A stretch of DNA of 64,000 nucleotides from an uncultured Methanomassiliicoccales archaeon (GTDB lineage Archaea; Thermoplasmatota; Thermoplasmata; Methanomassiliicoccales; UBA472), in NCBI GenBank assembly GCA_963755265.1, contig CAVWKV010000084.1, positions 5,157 through 69,156 on the forward strand, read 5' to 3'. This document shows, in pieces, positions 55,126-64,000 of this stretch. The position numbers were made by a program, and so were the translations under genes. Numbering within the stretch: the stretch's first letter is position 1; every line of letters starts with the position of its first letter. The notes below the pieces were generated by a model. It searched no databases. It saw only the letters and a program-made list of their open reading frames with translations, and had not been told where the DNA came from.

Positions 55126-56181
55126 CTATGGCTTTACTCTCTTCAGCTTCATGTAACCTATGGCGTCTTTTGAAACGCGGGCGAACAGGATATCCTTTTT
55201 GACCCCGTGGGCTAACCTGATGGCTCGAGATATCTCTGCCCATACGGTCGAATAATCATCGGGGACCGCGTGGACTAAATATTCTGAATGGTGGCTGGAA
55301 GGGTCTCCCTTATAGACCCGGAAATGTGTGCCGTACTTGAATCCAGTCTTTACAACGAGCTTACGACTTCGGAGGTCGGAATAGGCAAGCAGGCGCATAT
55401 CGAAGTCCGGCTGAATCTCCTTGGCCCGCTTAAGGAAGGTTCGTTCCGCCATCTTCCTCCCCGTCCCCACCGCCCGTAGAGATAGTCGTCCGTGCTCGAT
55501 CAGATACGCGGTCTCGATGAACGAGAGCTGCAGCATCTTCCCGATCTTCTTCCCGTAGAAACCGTATTGGTAGAGCTTGGTCCCATGCGATTCGTCCAGT
55601 ACCAAGATGCTGCCTTCCATGAGCAGCCCCTCGGGGACCTCTTTCATGGCATTGTCGTTCAGCTCTCCCTTGGGATCGGCGTTCTCTGCTGTATAGTAGG
55701 TGATGTCGCCTTCTTCATCGACGACCGCCAGTAACAACTCTTTGCGGGTCCGTTGCGACATATCTGCCTGACGCATGAGCTCGACGATGTTGAAGATATC
55801 ACGTTCTGAGATCGCCAGAACCCAGAGGTTCGTCTGAGTGGTGGTGGGCGTGCCTCCGCGTGGATACAATCTGAAATTGAACTCACCTGAGTCGTTCTTC
55901 ACGACATAGCCGCGTTGTCTCAGATCACGATAAACGATGAAACGTGTCTCAAGATCATTGTGCATGGCTGCCGCCCGCCTCATGAGGTCGGCGAAATCGA
56001 TCTTAACACCATCGGCGAAGACCTCAAGACGGTCTCCCTCCAAGAGGTGTAGGGCCTCGAGCAGGTCCAGATGCAACGATCCGCCGGATTGTGGATAACC
56101 GAAGAAACCCTTACTGTATATCTGGCTGGCCTCCCTTTCATCCTCTATCACAACGGTGTCACCAACCAGTTTGCCAGGCAT
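55126..56181 (-). CDS. endA: tRNA-splicing endonuclease (two-unit long form)
   Basis: 351-aa ORF with duplicated EndA-like halves. The C-terminal catalytic unit has VVKTGFKYGTHFRVYKGDPSSHHSEYLVH. Confidence 0.85.
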   Translation of the reverse strand: MPGKLVGDTVVIEDEREASQIYSKGFFGYPQSGGSLHLDLLEALHLLEGDRLEVFADGVKIDFADLMRRAAAMHNDLETRFIVYRDLRQRGYVVKNDSGEFNFRLYPRGGTPTTTQTNLWVLAISERDIFNIVELMRQADMSQRTRKELLLAVVDEEGDITYYTAENADPKGELNDNAMKEVPEGLLMEGSILVLDESHGTKLYQYGFYGKKIGKMLQLSFIETAYLIEHGRLSLRAVGTGRKMAERTFLKRAKEIQPDFDMRLLAYSDLRSRKLVVKTGFKYGTHFRVYKGDPSSHHSEYLVHAVPDDYSTVWAEISRAIRLAHGVKKDILFARVSKDAIGYMKLKRVKP

Positions 56182-56287
56182 GCAACTTGAAGACCGAGGG
56201 CGTAGTTAAAGTTTGACCCCTGAGACATCATCGCTACAATCGGGTTTGTCTTGAGAGATTATTTATCCTCGAACTAACTCTATTATT

Positions 56288-56309
56288 TTGTTAACAACAA
56301 TCGGTTAAC
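56288..56309. promoter_or_regulatory. Palindromic TTGTTAACAA plus second GTTAAC, a candidate operator upstream of the wHTH regulator gene
   Basis: Perfect 10-bp palindrome at 56288-56297 and GTTAAC at 56304-56309, within 40 nt of the regulator start codon. Confidence 0.35.
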
Positions 56310-56327
56310 ATCTTGGAAGTGAAATTA

Positions 56328-56978
56328 ATGGATGAATTGGATATTTTACTCTCGGTGATAGAGAATCCTACTCGCCGGAGGATTCTGGAAGCTTTGGTCC
56401 GGGAGCCCCACTACCCCTTGCAGCTTTCCCGAGAGCTCGGAATGAGCCAACAGATAATAATGAAACATCTCAAGGTGTTGGAGGATTGCCGCATGGTGCG
56501 CTCATACCCAGAGGAGAGCGACCAGGGCGGGCCGATGAGGAAGCGGTACGTGCCGATCAGCGGATTCACCATCATCGTTGATGTCGGTTCGGGATTGTTC
56601 AGTGTCGAATCGTCCCGGAGGGAGATGGAGGAAGAGCCAGGACATCAGAGGGCACTGGCAGAAGGGGAAGCCAGCATCCAGGACCCTACCGAAAGGGTTA
56701 TGATTCTGAGGCGAGAGTTAAGTGTCTTGGACGGAAAGTTGGATGAGCTCCGCAAGAAAAGGGAGGAGTACATCGACCAGAAAGAGAGGCTCTTGGACGA
56801 GGCTGTCCACCTGGTCGAATCGGCGCCGTTGGACTATGGACAGCGCCATGTGGTGTTCGAATATATCCAACATCCAGACGTGGATCCTGGGCAGCTGGCA
56901 GACTACTTGGGACTAAGGGATAATGTGGTCAGGGAGATACTAAGACCGTATCAAACGAGGGATGATGAAGATGGCTGA
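56328..56978 (+). CDS. ArsR-type winged-helix regulator with a long helical C-terminal extension (Phr/HSR1-like heat-shock regulator candidate)
   Basis: LSVIENPTRRRILEALVREPHYPLQLSRELGMSQQIIMKHLKVLEDCRMV (wHTH) followed by a coiled-coil-like segment. It heads a same-strand cluster with hsp20 and cdc48. The ORF opens at TTG 56313. Confidence 0.65.
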   Translation: MDELDILLSVIENPTRRRILEALVREPHYPLQLSRELGMSQQIIMKHLKVLEDCRMVRSYPEESDQGGPMRKRYVPISGFTIIVDVGSGLFSVESSRREMEEEPGHQRALAEGEASIQDPTERVMILRRELSVLDGKLDELRKKREEYIDQKERLLDEAVHLVESAPLDYGQRHVVFEYIQHPDVDPGQLADYLGLRDNVVREILRPYQTRDDEDG

Positions 56979-57288
56979 AAGAAGCAAGGCACAGGAAACA
57001 GCAGACCGATATATCGCACGCATGAAGATCGCCAGGGACGAGGCAAAAAAGGCCTTCGACAAGAGCATGTCCGAGATCGACCAGATTGGCAATGAACTGT
57101 ATGAGGACATGAGGATCAATCTGAAGGATTCCGGGGTCGACATTGACAAGATGCAGGCAAAGGTGAAAGAAGGTCTGATAAGGGACAAGGAAGAGCTGAA
57201 GAAGGACTTCTGGCAGGTCGAAAGCCACCTGGTCAAATTCGGCGAGGACGTTGAAAAGGAGATAAGGAAGGCCTTTAAGCAACCTTGA
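56962..57288 (+). CDS. Hypothetical coiled-coil protein
   Basis: 108-aa highly charged helical ORF that overlaps the regulator gene end by 17 nt. Confidence 0.45.
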   Translation: MMKMAERSKAQETADRYIARMKIARDEAKKAFDKSMSEIDQIGNELYEDMRINLKDSGVDIDKMQAKVKEGLIRDKEELKKDFWQVESHLVKFGEDVEKEIRKAFKQP

Positions 57289-57322
57289 TATAGAAGAGCA
57301 AACAATGTACTATATCGTAAGT

Positions 57323-57347
57323 AGTTGTCAACTAATAGTTGATAACT
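57323..57347. promoter_or_regulatory. Two adjacent palindromes AGTTGTCAACT and AGTTGATAACT upstream of hsp20
   Basis: Located at 57323-57333 and 57337-57347, just downstream of a TATA-like TACTATAT and 9-20 nt before the hsp20 start. They share a GTT-N-AAC core with the sites at 56288-56309. Confidence 0.4.
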
Positions 57348-57364
57348 AAAAAAAGGTGATAGAA

Positions 57365-57835
57365 ATGGCAGAGGAATGCAGAAAGGAAATGGCACTGGCA
57401 CCGTGGTTCTGCTGGAGCCGGGGAAACATGCTCGAGAACCTGGAACGCATGTTTGGGGAGTGGAACGTCCAGTTCGGCGGGGACCTTCGACCAGCCATTG
57501 TCGAGGCTAGATCGCCGAGGGTGGACCTGAAGGATGAAGGGGACAGATACGTTCTACAAGCAGACCTCCCTGGCATGAAGAAGGAAAACGTGACCATCGA
57601 GATCTCCGATGAATACCTGGAGATCAGCGGGGTCAATGAGGAATCGAAAGAGGAGATTGGCGAAGGTTACATCTGGAAGGAGAGAGGCAGAACCGGGTTC
57701 TTCCGACGAATGCCGTTGCCGGAAGATGCCGATCCTGAGAAGGTGAAGGCAAAGATGGACGACGGGGTGCTCGAGCTGATCGTCATGAAACGCCCCGATA
57801 TGGAGCCTAAGAAACGAAAGGTCGATGTGGAGTGA
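57365..57835 (+). CDS. hsp20: Small heat-shock protein, Hsp20/alpha-crystallin family
   Basis: [30 protein letters not shown]...[28 protein letters not shown]. The ORF opens at GTG 57356. Confidence 0.88.
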   Translation: MAEECRKEMALAPWFCWSRGNMLENLERMFGEWNVQFGGDLRPAIVEARSPRVDLKDEGDRYVLQADLPGMKKENVTIEISDEYLEISGVNEESKEEIGEGYIWKERGRTGFFRRMPLPEDADPEKVKAKMDDGVLELIVMKRPDMEPKKRKVDVE

Positions 57836-57860
57836 TATCCACCATAAACAAGGAATGAAG

Positions 57861-60044
57861 ATGAGCGATTCGGAAAAAGTATTGAAGGTGGCTGAGGCCA
57901 AATCGAAGGATGCCGGTCGGGGGATAGCCAGGGTCGACCCAGCGGTCATGGAGGTCCTCGAGATTACCGCCGGCGATGTGGTACAGATCGAAGGCAAGAA
58001 ACGGACCGTGGCGATCGTTTGGCCAGGATACAATGAGGACGCGAACCGAGGCTTGATCCGCATCGACGGCACGATCCGCCGGAACGCCAGTGTAGGCATC
58101 GATGATAAGGTCGCACTGCGCAAGGTCCAAGTCAAACCAGCCCAGAAGATAGCGTTCGCGCCCATGGAGGAACTCAAGATCATGGGGGGCGAGGAATATC
58201 TGGGCCAGGCTCTCGAGGGCCGGGTAGTGACCCGTGGCGACGTGATCGAGATCAACGTGATGGGGCGCAGGATAGACCTGGTGGTAATGACCCATTCCCC
58301 CACGACGGATGCAGTAATGATCATGCGCGACACCGATGTCAAGATCTCGGAGAAGCCATCAAAGGAAGGCATGTCCAAGATCCCTAAGGTCACCTACGAG
58401 GACATTGGCGGACTGGGGGACGAGGTGAAGAAGGTCAGGGAGATGATAGAGCTCCCACTGCGCCACCCCGAGCTGTTCGAGCGATTGGGCGTAGAAGCAC
58501 CCAAAGGCGTTCTCCTGCACGGCCCTCCAGGCACCGGCAAGACACTTTTGGCCAAGGCGGTCGCGGGTGAGACCAACGCCAATTTCGTCTACATCGGCGG
58601 ACCGGAGATCATGTCCAAGTTCTATGGCGAATCCGAAGAACGCCTGCGCGAGATATTCAAGCAGGCGGAGGAGAACGCCCCGACGATCATCTTCATCGAC
58701 GAGATAGATTCCATTGCGCCTAAGCGCGACGAGGTCACTGGAGAGACTGAAAGGCGTGTAGTGGCACAGATGCTGGCCCTGATGGATGGCCTTGAGTCAA
58801 GAGGAAAGGTAGTGGTCATCGGGGCAACCAACCGCCCTAACGCGTTGGACCCGGCATTGAGGCGTCCAGGGAGGTTCGACCGAGAGATCGAGATCAACAT
58901 CCCGAACCAGGAGGGCAGACTGGACATATTGGGCATACACACCCGGGGCATGCCGTTGGAAAAGGATGTGGACCTGGATAAACTGGCCCGCCTCACGCAT
59001 GGATATGCTGGTGCGGACCTGCAGGCACTCACGAAGGAGGCGGCCATACACTCGCTGCGCCGGATACTTCCGGAACTGGACCTGGAGCTCGAGAGCATTC
59101 CGTCGGAAGTGCTGGCCAAGATCGTTGTGAAGAAGGAGGACTTCTTCGCCGCCTTACGAGATATGCAACCGGCCAGCCTTCGCGAGGTCCTGATCGAATC
59201 GCCGAACCTCCATTGGTCCGAGATAGGCGGATTGGCCGACGCCAAGAAAGAGCTCATAGAAGCGGTGGAGTGGCCGCTCAAGTACGGCATGCTCTTCGAT
59301 AAGATGGATGCCAAGCCCCCGAAGGGGATACTGCTGTATGGCCCTCCCGGTACTGGCAAGACCATGTTAGCCAAGGCGGTCGCCACCGAAAGCGAGGCGA
59401 ACTTCATCAACGTGAAGGGGCCAGAGTTCCTGAACAAATGGGTCGGCGAGTCGGAGAAGGCGGTCAGGGAAACGTTCCGGAAGGCGCGCCAAGCAGCTCC
59501 ATGCATCATATTCATTGACGAAATCGACTCGATCGCCCCGGTGCGCGGGACCGGATCGGACTCCCAGGTGACCGAACGGGTCATCAGCCAGTTACTGACG
59601 GAGATGGATGGGTTGGAGTCGCTGCATAATGTGGTGGTGATCGCGGCCACCAACCGTCCGGACATAATCGACCCGGCACTTATGAGGCCCGGCCGTTTCG
59701 ACAAGATGGTCCAGGTGAAAGTACCCGATCTGGAGACGCGCAAGGCTGTGCTCGAAGTGCATCTGAGGTCAAAACCGCTGGCGAAGGACGTTGACATCAA
59801 CGACATAGCCCGTCGCACCGAAGGATATACCGGTGCAGACCTCGCTGCAGTGGCCAACGAAGGGACCATGCTGGCCATCAGAGAGCTCGTCGCCGAAGGT
59901 GGCGACATAACAGAAGAACTGGTCAACGCAAAAAAGGTGACGATGGCCCATATGCTGGCAGCGATAGAAAAGTATCGGCCTTTATCCAAGAAGGAAATAA
60001 ACAAGTTCGAAATGGCCTACAAGGATTTCGAGTACGTGAGGTGA
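57861..60044 (+). CDS. cdc48: CDC48/VCP-type AAA+ ATPase
   Basis: N-domain ([20 protein letters not shown]) and two AAA modules (GPPGTGKT twice, IIFIDEID twice, SRH regions). The start is taken as MSDSEK at 57861; the ORF opens at 57825. Confidence 0.93.
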   Translation: MSDSEKVLKVAEAKSKDAGRGIARVDPAVMEVLEITAGDVVQIEGKKRTVAIVWPGYNEDANRGLIRIDGTIRRNASVGIDDKVALRKVQVKPAQKIAFAPMEELKIMGGEEYLGQALEGRVVTRGDVIEINVMGRRIDLVVMTHSPTTDAVMIMRDTDVKISEKPSKEGMSKIPKVTYEDIGGLGDEVKKVREMIELPLRHPELFERLGVEAPKGVLLHGPPGTGKTLLAKAVAGETNANFVYIGGPEIMSKFYGESEERLREIFKQAEENAPTIIFIDEIDSIAPKRDEVTGETERRVVAQMLALMDGLESRGKVVVIGATNRPNALDPALRRPGRFDREIEINIPNQEGRLDILGIHTRGMPLEKDVDLDKLARLTHGYAGADLQALTKEAAIHSLRRILPELDLELESIPSEVLAKIVVKKEDFFAALRDMQPASLREVLIESPNLHWSEIGGLADAKKELIEAVEWPLKYGMLFDKMDAKPPKGILLYGPPGTGKTMLAKAVATESEANFINVKGPEFLNKWVGESEKAVRETFRKARQAAPCIIFIDEIDSIAPVRGTGSDSQVTERVISQLLTEMDGLESLHNVVVIAATNRPDIIDPALMRPGRFDKMVQVKVPDLETRKAVLEVHLRSKPLAKDVDINDIARRTEGYTGADLAAVANEGTMLAIRELVAEGGDITEELVNAKKVTMAHMLAAIEKYRPLSKKEINKFEMAYKDFEYVR

Positions 60045-60049
60045 TTACA

Positions 60050-60577
60050 ATGGCAAGAACGGAGAGGAAAAGGAGTGACGACATCGATGATCTCTTCTCC
60101 ACCTTCGACGAGGAGTTCGAGGAGATGAGGGCGCGAGTGGACCAAATGATCGAACAGATGCTGAATGGACAACTCGGTTCAGGTGAAGAGACTAATTCAT
60201 ATGAGGTCTCCGTGTGGGTAGGACCAGACGGCAAACCCCATGTCCAGGAGTTCGGGAAAGAGGGGGGCCAGGTACCTGTCGAAAAGAAGAGGGGATCATC
60301 GCGCGAGCCGCTCACGGACGTGATCGAGGAAAAGGACAAGGTCAGGGTCATCGTCGAGCTCCCGGGCGTGGAGAAGAACGACATTGATGTCAGCGCTGAG
60401 GACGCTTGGCTTAACATAAGCGTGGACTCGGACAGCAAGAAGTTCTCTAAGCACATCGAGCTGCCGTGCAGGATAAAATCGAAAAGCGTTTCTGCCAGCT
60501 ACAAGAACGGGGTGCTGGAGATAACGATGGATAGGTCGTCACCAAAGAGGCGGAGGAAGAAGACCATAGTCCAATGA
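60050..60577 (+). CDS. Archaeal Hsp20-family small heat-shock protein (divergent)
   Basis: PLTDVIEEKDKVRVIVELPGVEKNDIDVSAED..LNISV...HIELPCRIKSKSVSASYKNGVLEITM. GTG 60041 overlaps the cdc48 stop (GTGA); ATG 60050 is an alternative start. Confidence 0.8.
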   Translation: MARTERKRSDDIDDLFSTFDEEFEEMRARVDQMIEQMLNGQLGSGEETNSYEVSVWVGPDGKPHVQEFGKEGGQVPVEKKRGSSREPLTDVIEEKDKVRVIVELPGVEKNDIDVSAEDAWLNISVDSDSKKFSKHIELPCRIKSKSVSASYKNGVLEITMDRSSPKRRRKKTIVQ

Positions 60578-60640
60578 AGGTCTCCGATCTCAAATTAATT
60601 GTGCTGCCTGGCTCAGAATTCTTGAGATTCTGGGCCTCTG

Positions 60641-60647
60641 TTTTTTT
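60641..60647 (+). terminator. Oligo-T tract after the hsp20/cdc48 cluster
   Basis: T7 run preceded by the small palindrome CTCAGAATTCTTGAG (60612-60626). Archaeal termination typically uses oligo-T. Confidence 0.4.
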
Positions 60648-60687
60648 CCCAATGGTTATATAGAAGAACAGATGAATCTAGTTCCTC

Positions 60688-61647
60688 GTGCAGCGCGATG
60701 AGCTCATCAACGGCGTGCGAGGCACGCTCGAGAAGGTAGGGTTCACGGTCTCCAAACCGCTGAACATGCGCAGCATAAGCTTTGACATCGTGGCTAGGCG
60801 CGACAAGACCCTGCTCCTGATCAAGATATTGTCTAACGTGGATGCTTTCTCCAAAGACAATTCCGAGGAGGTGAAGACCCTGGCCGAAGCGCTCGGCGGC
60901 TCACCCTTGCTGGTAGGAGAACGCTCAGGCGCGGGAGAGATCGAGCAGGGCATCGTCTACTCGAGATTCAATGTCCCGATCATATCGCTGAGCACGCTGA
61001 AGGACCTTCTTTTGGAAGCGGTCCCGCCGTTCATCTTCGCCGCCCCAGGCGGTCTTTACGTCAAGCTGGACAGCGATCTTCTGAAACGCCTCAGAGAGGA
61101 GAAGAGTATCTCGCTGGGGAATCTGGCCGAGGTGGCGGGTGTGTCCCGCAGAACTATCCAGATGTACGAAACGGGAATGGGGGCGATGATCGATGTGGCC
61201 ATCCGTCTGGAGGAGTACCTGGACTGGCCGATCGTGCTCCCGGTGGACCCCCTGTCCTACAAGCCTGAGGTGTCCGACAAAACCAAAGTCAACATGGAGA
61301 AGTATGACGAGTTCACCAAGGAGGTCTTCTCGATCCTGACCGGCCTCGGGCTTACCATCACCCCGACCCAGAAATGTCCGTTCGAGGCCTTGACCGTGGA
61401 CCATGACATGCTCATCCTGACCGGCCTGGGTAAGGACGGCGCCAAGCTCCGGGAAAAGGCCCGGATGGTCGCCGACATATCCGTGGTCACTGGCCGCGAG
61501 TCGGTCATATTCATCGAGAAGGTGCGCACACACCAAAGCATTGAAGGGACCGCCCTGATCGGACGCGATGAGCTGCAGAAGATTCAAGAATCAGAGAAGC
61601 TTCGGGCACTGGTCATTAAGAGAAGTGAACCTGATGAGAAACGTTGA
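60688..61647 (+). CDS. COG1395-type putative transcriptional regulator with a central XRE HTH
   Basis: 319-aa ORF with a GTG start and ISLGNLAEVAGVSRRTIQMYETGMGAMIDVAIRLEEYL. The architecture is typical of a euryarchaeal conserved family. Confidence 0.65.
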   Translation: MQRDELINGVRGTLEKVGFTVSKPLNMRSISFDIVARRDKTLLLIKILSNVDAFSKDNSEEVKTLAEALGGSPLLVGERSGAGEIEQGIVYSRFNVPIISLSTLKDLLLEAVPPFIFAAPGGLYVKLDSDLLKRLREEKSISLGNLAEVAGVSRRTIQMYETGMGAMIDVAIRLEEYLDWPIVLPVDPLSYKPEVSDKTKVNMEKYDEFTKEVFSILTGLGLTITPTQKCPFEALTVDHDMLILTGLGKDGAKLREKARMVADISVVTGRESVIFIEKVRTHQSIEGTALIGRDELQKIQESEKLRALVIKRSEPDEKR

Positions 61648-62263
61648 GATCAATGGCTCCACGATACAGTTCCTACCGGTCGTGAAGGGCCTTGTTTCCG
61701 AAGGCGATTCGGTAGAGAAGGCCATCAACGAGGAGAACCCTGACGCCGTGGCCATTTCAATTTCGAAAGAAGAATTGGTGGCCCTAGGCAACAAGGATGA
61801 TTATGATAAATACGAACCTAGCGACATCGAGGAGATATACGGCGTTCTCCTGGAAACGTTCGGAGATGTCAAGATACCGCCGCCTTGCTATGTGAAGGCT
61901 CGAGATGTCGGAACCTCGAAGAACATTACCCTGGTGCCGATCGACATGAACGAAGAGCTCTACACAGAGACGTACTGCTATGAGATCGGAGGGTTGGACC
62001 TGATCAGGGAGTCCATGTTCGTCAAGCGGGCGCACCGCAAGCGTTTCGATTTCGCCTCAGTGGGTGCCTTCGTCGTCGATTGGGATAAGAAGATCAACAA
62101 ACCAGGCGGATTCCGCAAGCTCAACCAGAAACGAGAACAGCACATGGCCGAAGCTCTGCGGAACCTTACCGGAAAGTACCATAATATCTTGGCGGTCATC
62201 GAATATGAGCGGTCGGCGAGCGTGGAAGGGCTCCTGAGCGAGGACCAGTCTCAACATTCTTAA
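61634..62263 (+). CDS. TraB/GumN-like family protein (divergent)
   Basis: Weak pattern match (NPDAVAISISKEEL..., VPIDMNEE..., REQHMAEALRNL...ILAVIEYERSASVEGLL). The start is taken at ATG 61634, overlapping the upstream gene by 14 nt. Confidence 0.35.
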   Translation: MRNVEINGSTIQFLPVVKGLVSEGDSVEKAINEENPDAVAISISKEELVALGNKDDYDKYEPSDIEEIYGVLLETFGDVKIPPPCYVKARDVGTSKNITLVPIDMNEELYTETYCYEIGGLDLIRESMFVKRAHRKRFDFASVGAFVVDWDKKINKPGGFRKLNQKREQHMAEALRNLTGKYHNILAVIEYERSASVEGLLSEDQSQHS

Positions 62264-62289
62264 ATAGCGGCCAGCTGTCTCTCTGGTTG

Positions 62290-63969
62290 ATGCCTGAGGA
62301 TAGCGGCGGAACAGCTTGGGCCAAGTTCTCGGCCAACGGGGATCGGCTCATCGCGTTCCTGGAGAAGGGACGCCTTTCGATCGTCGGCATCTTCGTCTAC
62401 GTCATCATTTTGGCCTTGGGCCGGGACATGGCCGAGTATGTTCTTCTGGACCCGTCATTCCTGGTCGGAGGCAATCCGTGGATATACAGCATCGCCGAGC
62501 ACTGCGCATTCTATGTCGTTGTCTTCCTCGGTCTTGTCCTATTGCTGACGGCATTCTCGGGCAGGGGGTTCAGGAAAGCTTTGAACCTGATAACCAGCAT
62601 CTACTGGATTATCCTCCTTCCCCCTTTCTTGGACCACTTCCTGTTCGGGGATAACCAGGGTTATGCGTACTTCTCCTGGACCGACCTCGTCAATGCATTC
62701 TTCCATTTTAGCGGTGAGTCATTCCACCCGGGGCAGGGATTGGAGGTGGCGACATTCCTATTTGCCCTCTTCGCATATGTCATTTGGACGCAACGGAACA
62801 ATCTGTTCTTCCTTAAGGAGAGGGCGGAGACGCTGCTCCGCGTCGGTTTCCTGATACTGTTTACAATTGTCTCAATGTTCATAATGGCCACACCCGGAGC
62901 TTATCTGCCGGTCGGGGTTGTCAATGGATCGCAAGTGTTCCCTTACTTCGACCAGACAAAGTTCTACCAGTTCCATCTCTTCCTTTTCATGTATTATCTG
63001 TTAGCTGGCCTCTTGCTAGTCACGGTCATCTCCTATATGGCAATGAAACGCTCCTTCCGTAGGATGATCACCAGCATGAGGCCGTTCCAGACCCTCCTCT
63101 TTGGGATGGTTGTCGCTGGAGGCATCGTTGTAGGTTGGAAGTCTGTGAACGCGTCATTGGTCTTCTCGATCACGACGAGTCCCTATTGGGTCAACATCGA
63201 GTTCGTCGTCATGTCGGTTGCCTCCGCCCTGATAGCTTGGCAGGTAAGCACGATATGGAATGACATTTCAGACAGCCGATTCGACGACCCAGGCAAAGAG
63301 GGACGAGCAATCGCTTCCGGTGTTGTCAACCGGACTACTGTTCTCCAAGGGTCCATAGTGCTCATGATCGTGGCGTTGCTGGTGGCATACCTTCTGTCAC
63401 CCATCGAGTTCCTGATCCTTTCAGCAGTGTTCGTCCTCTCCTTCCTATACTCGTTCCGCCCCGTTCGGTTCAAGAACTACACCATGAGTTCGGTGATGGT
63501 TGGACTGGGCGCGTTTCTGGCGTTCGTCTACGGATTCCTGACGCCGTTCTCTGTTGTCGACACACAGTACTCCTACGATAAGCCCATCAACTACCTGACC
63601 GGCGCGGTCGATGTGGCCCCGCTTGATATCTCCTCGATCGTGATAGGAATGATCATTTTCCTAGGCCTGGTCATTGGATCAATGGTTACCGATTTGGACG
63701 GGTATGAGGAGGATCGTAGGGCTGGGGTAAGGACGATATACACCACACTTGGGATCGAACGCGGCCTAAAGGTCGTGTCGGCGCTCATCTTCGTCGCCTC
63801 GCTAACGACCCTTGAACTGTTCAATGGAACGACGGACCTCGTTATTTTTCCAGTATTAGGTGCTGCGGCAGCGATCACCTTCTACAAATATCGCAATCCA
63901 AAGATCGTCATGGCCCTGGCATTGTTAGGATTCGTCTATGCAACGTTCCGCTATCTTGGAATGATCTGA
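62290..63969 (+). CDS. UbiA-family prenyltransferase fused to a ~300-aa N-terminal polytopic membrane domain
   Basis: The C-terminal half has the two Asp-rich UbiA motifs (WNDISDSRFDD; DLDGYEEDRRAGVRT). The N-terminal half has about 8 extra TMs with no recognisable motif. Confidence 0.65.
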   Translation: MPEDSGGTAWAKFSANGDRLIAFLEKGRLSIVGIFVYVIILALGRDMAEYVLLDPSFLVGGNPWIYSIAEHCAFYVVVFLGLVLLLTAFSGRGFRKALNLITSIYWIILLPPFLDHFLFGDNQGYAYFSWTDLVNAFFHFSGESFHPGQGLEVATFLFALFAYVIWTQRNNLFFLKERAETLLRVGFLILFTIVSMFIMATPGAYLPVGVVNGSQVFPYFDQTKFYQFHLFLFMYYLLAGLLLVTVISYMAMKRSFRRMITSMRPFQTLLFGMVVAGGIVVGWKSVNASLVFSITTSPYWVNIEFVVMSVASALIAWQVSTIWNDISDSRFDDPGKEGRAIASGVVNRTTVLQGSIVLMIVALLVAYLLSPIEFLILSAVFVLSFLYSFRPVRFKNYTMSSVMVGLGAFLAFVYGFLTPFSVVDTQYSYDKPINYLTGAVDVAPLDISSIVIGMIIFLGLVIGSMVTDLDGYEEDRRAGVRTIYTTLGIERGLKVVSALIFVASLTTLELFNGTTDLVIFPVLGAAAAITFYKYRNPKIVMALALLGFVYATFRYLGMI

Positions 63970-64000
63970 TTCAAAGGGAGGAGAAAAAAAGACTCGGGAA

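Noticed and set aside
58622-60004. Very long antisense ORFs opposite real genes. Examples are the 460-aa ORF at 58622-60004 and the 279-aa ORF at 57554-58393 opposite cdc48, the 396-aa ORF at 16954-18144 opposite the M20 peptidase gene, and the 310-aa ORF at 15249-16181 opposite cdc6/gcvT.
   Set aside because: Their translations are low-complexity (Ser/Arg/Pro/Ala-rich) with no motifs, while the sense-strand genes carry unmistakable family signatures. Stop-free antisense frames are expected from codon bias in GC-rich coding DNA.
1-64000. A CRISPR array, cas genes, rRNA genes or further tRNAs.
   Set aside because: I saw no regularly spaced direct repeats of 24-40 bp and no rRNA-like conserved stretches. 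Only one cloverleaf could be folded by eye (21241-21312). A tRNAscan/Infernal run would be needed to exclude others definitively.

Overview
This is a 64-kb archaeal (euryarchaeal) chromosome segment. The core content is housekeeping and clearly archaeal: the conserved ftsZ-secE-spt5-rpl11-rpl1-rplP0-rpl12 block, Orc1/Cdc6, TFB, Gar1, tRNA-splicing endonuclease, Cdc48/VCP, split GMP synthase, archaeal phosphopantothenate synthetase, AsnRS, GcvT and SAH hydrolase. DUF1638, Shine-Dalgarno-led genes and a GC content in the mid-50s percent by eye fit a Thermoplasmata/Methanomassiliicoccales-like organism, but that placement is inference only. Five features stand out. (1) A 2.0-kb cassette (3432-5457) has perfect 23-bp terminal inverted repeats and a 7-bp target-site duplication. 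Its only cargo is a DNA methyltransferase/Mrr-like fusion gene broken by a G12 homopolymer, and it sits in the promoter region of a CdrS-like RHH / ftsZ2 operon. (2) An ~8-kb integrative element lies in tRNA-Gly(CCC), bounded by a 15-bp att direct repeat at 21300 and 29261. It carries a tyrosine integrase, a DUF3631-like P-loop protein, translationally coupled small ORFs, GGGGTAAC iteron-like clusters, a polypyrimidine tract and decayed cargo (an MmeI-like C-terminal fragment). (3) Three FtsZ genes lie within 10 kb, including a tandem FtsZ1-type pair with patchy near-identity. (4) Spt5 has an in-frame 126-codon N-terminal extension plus an internal SD+ATG at the canonical start. (5) A Phr/HSR1-like regulator, sHSP, Cdc48 and a second sHSP form a cluster with GTT..AAC palindromes in its promoters. 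I saw no rRNA, CRISPR array or cas genes. All family calls rest on motif recognition by eye, with no database search.
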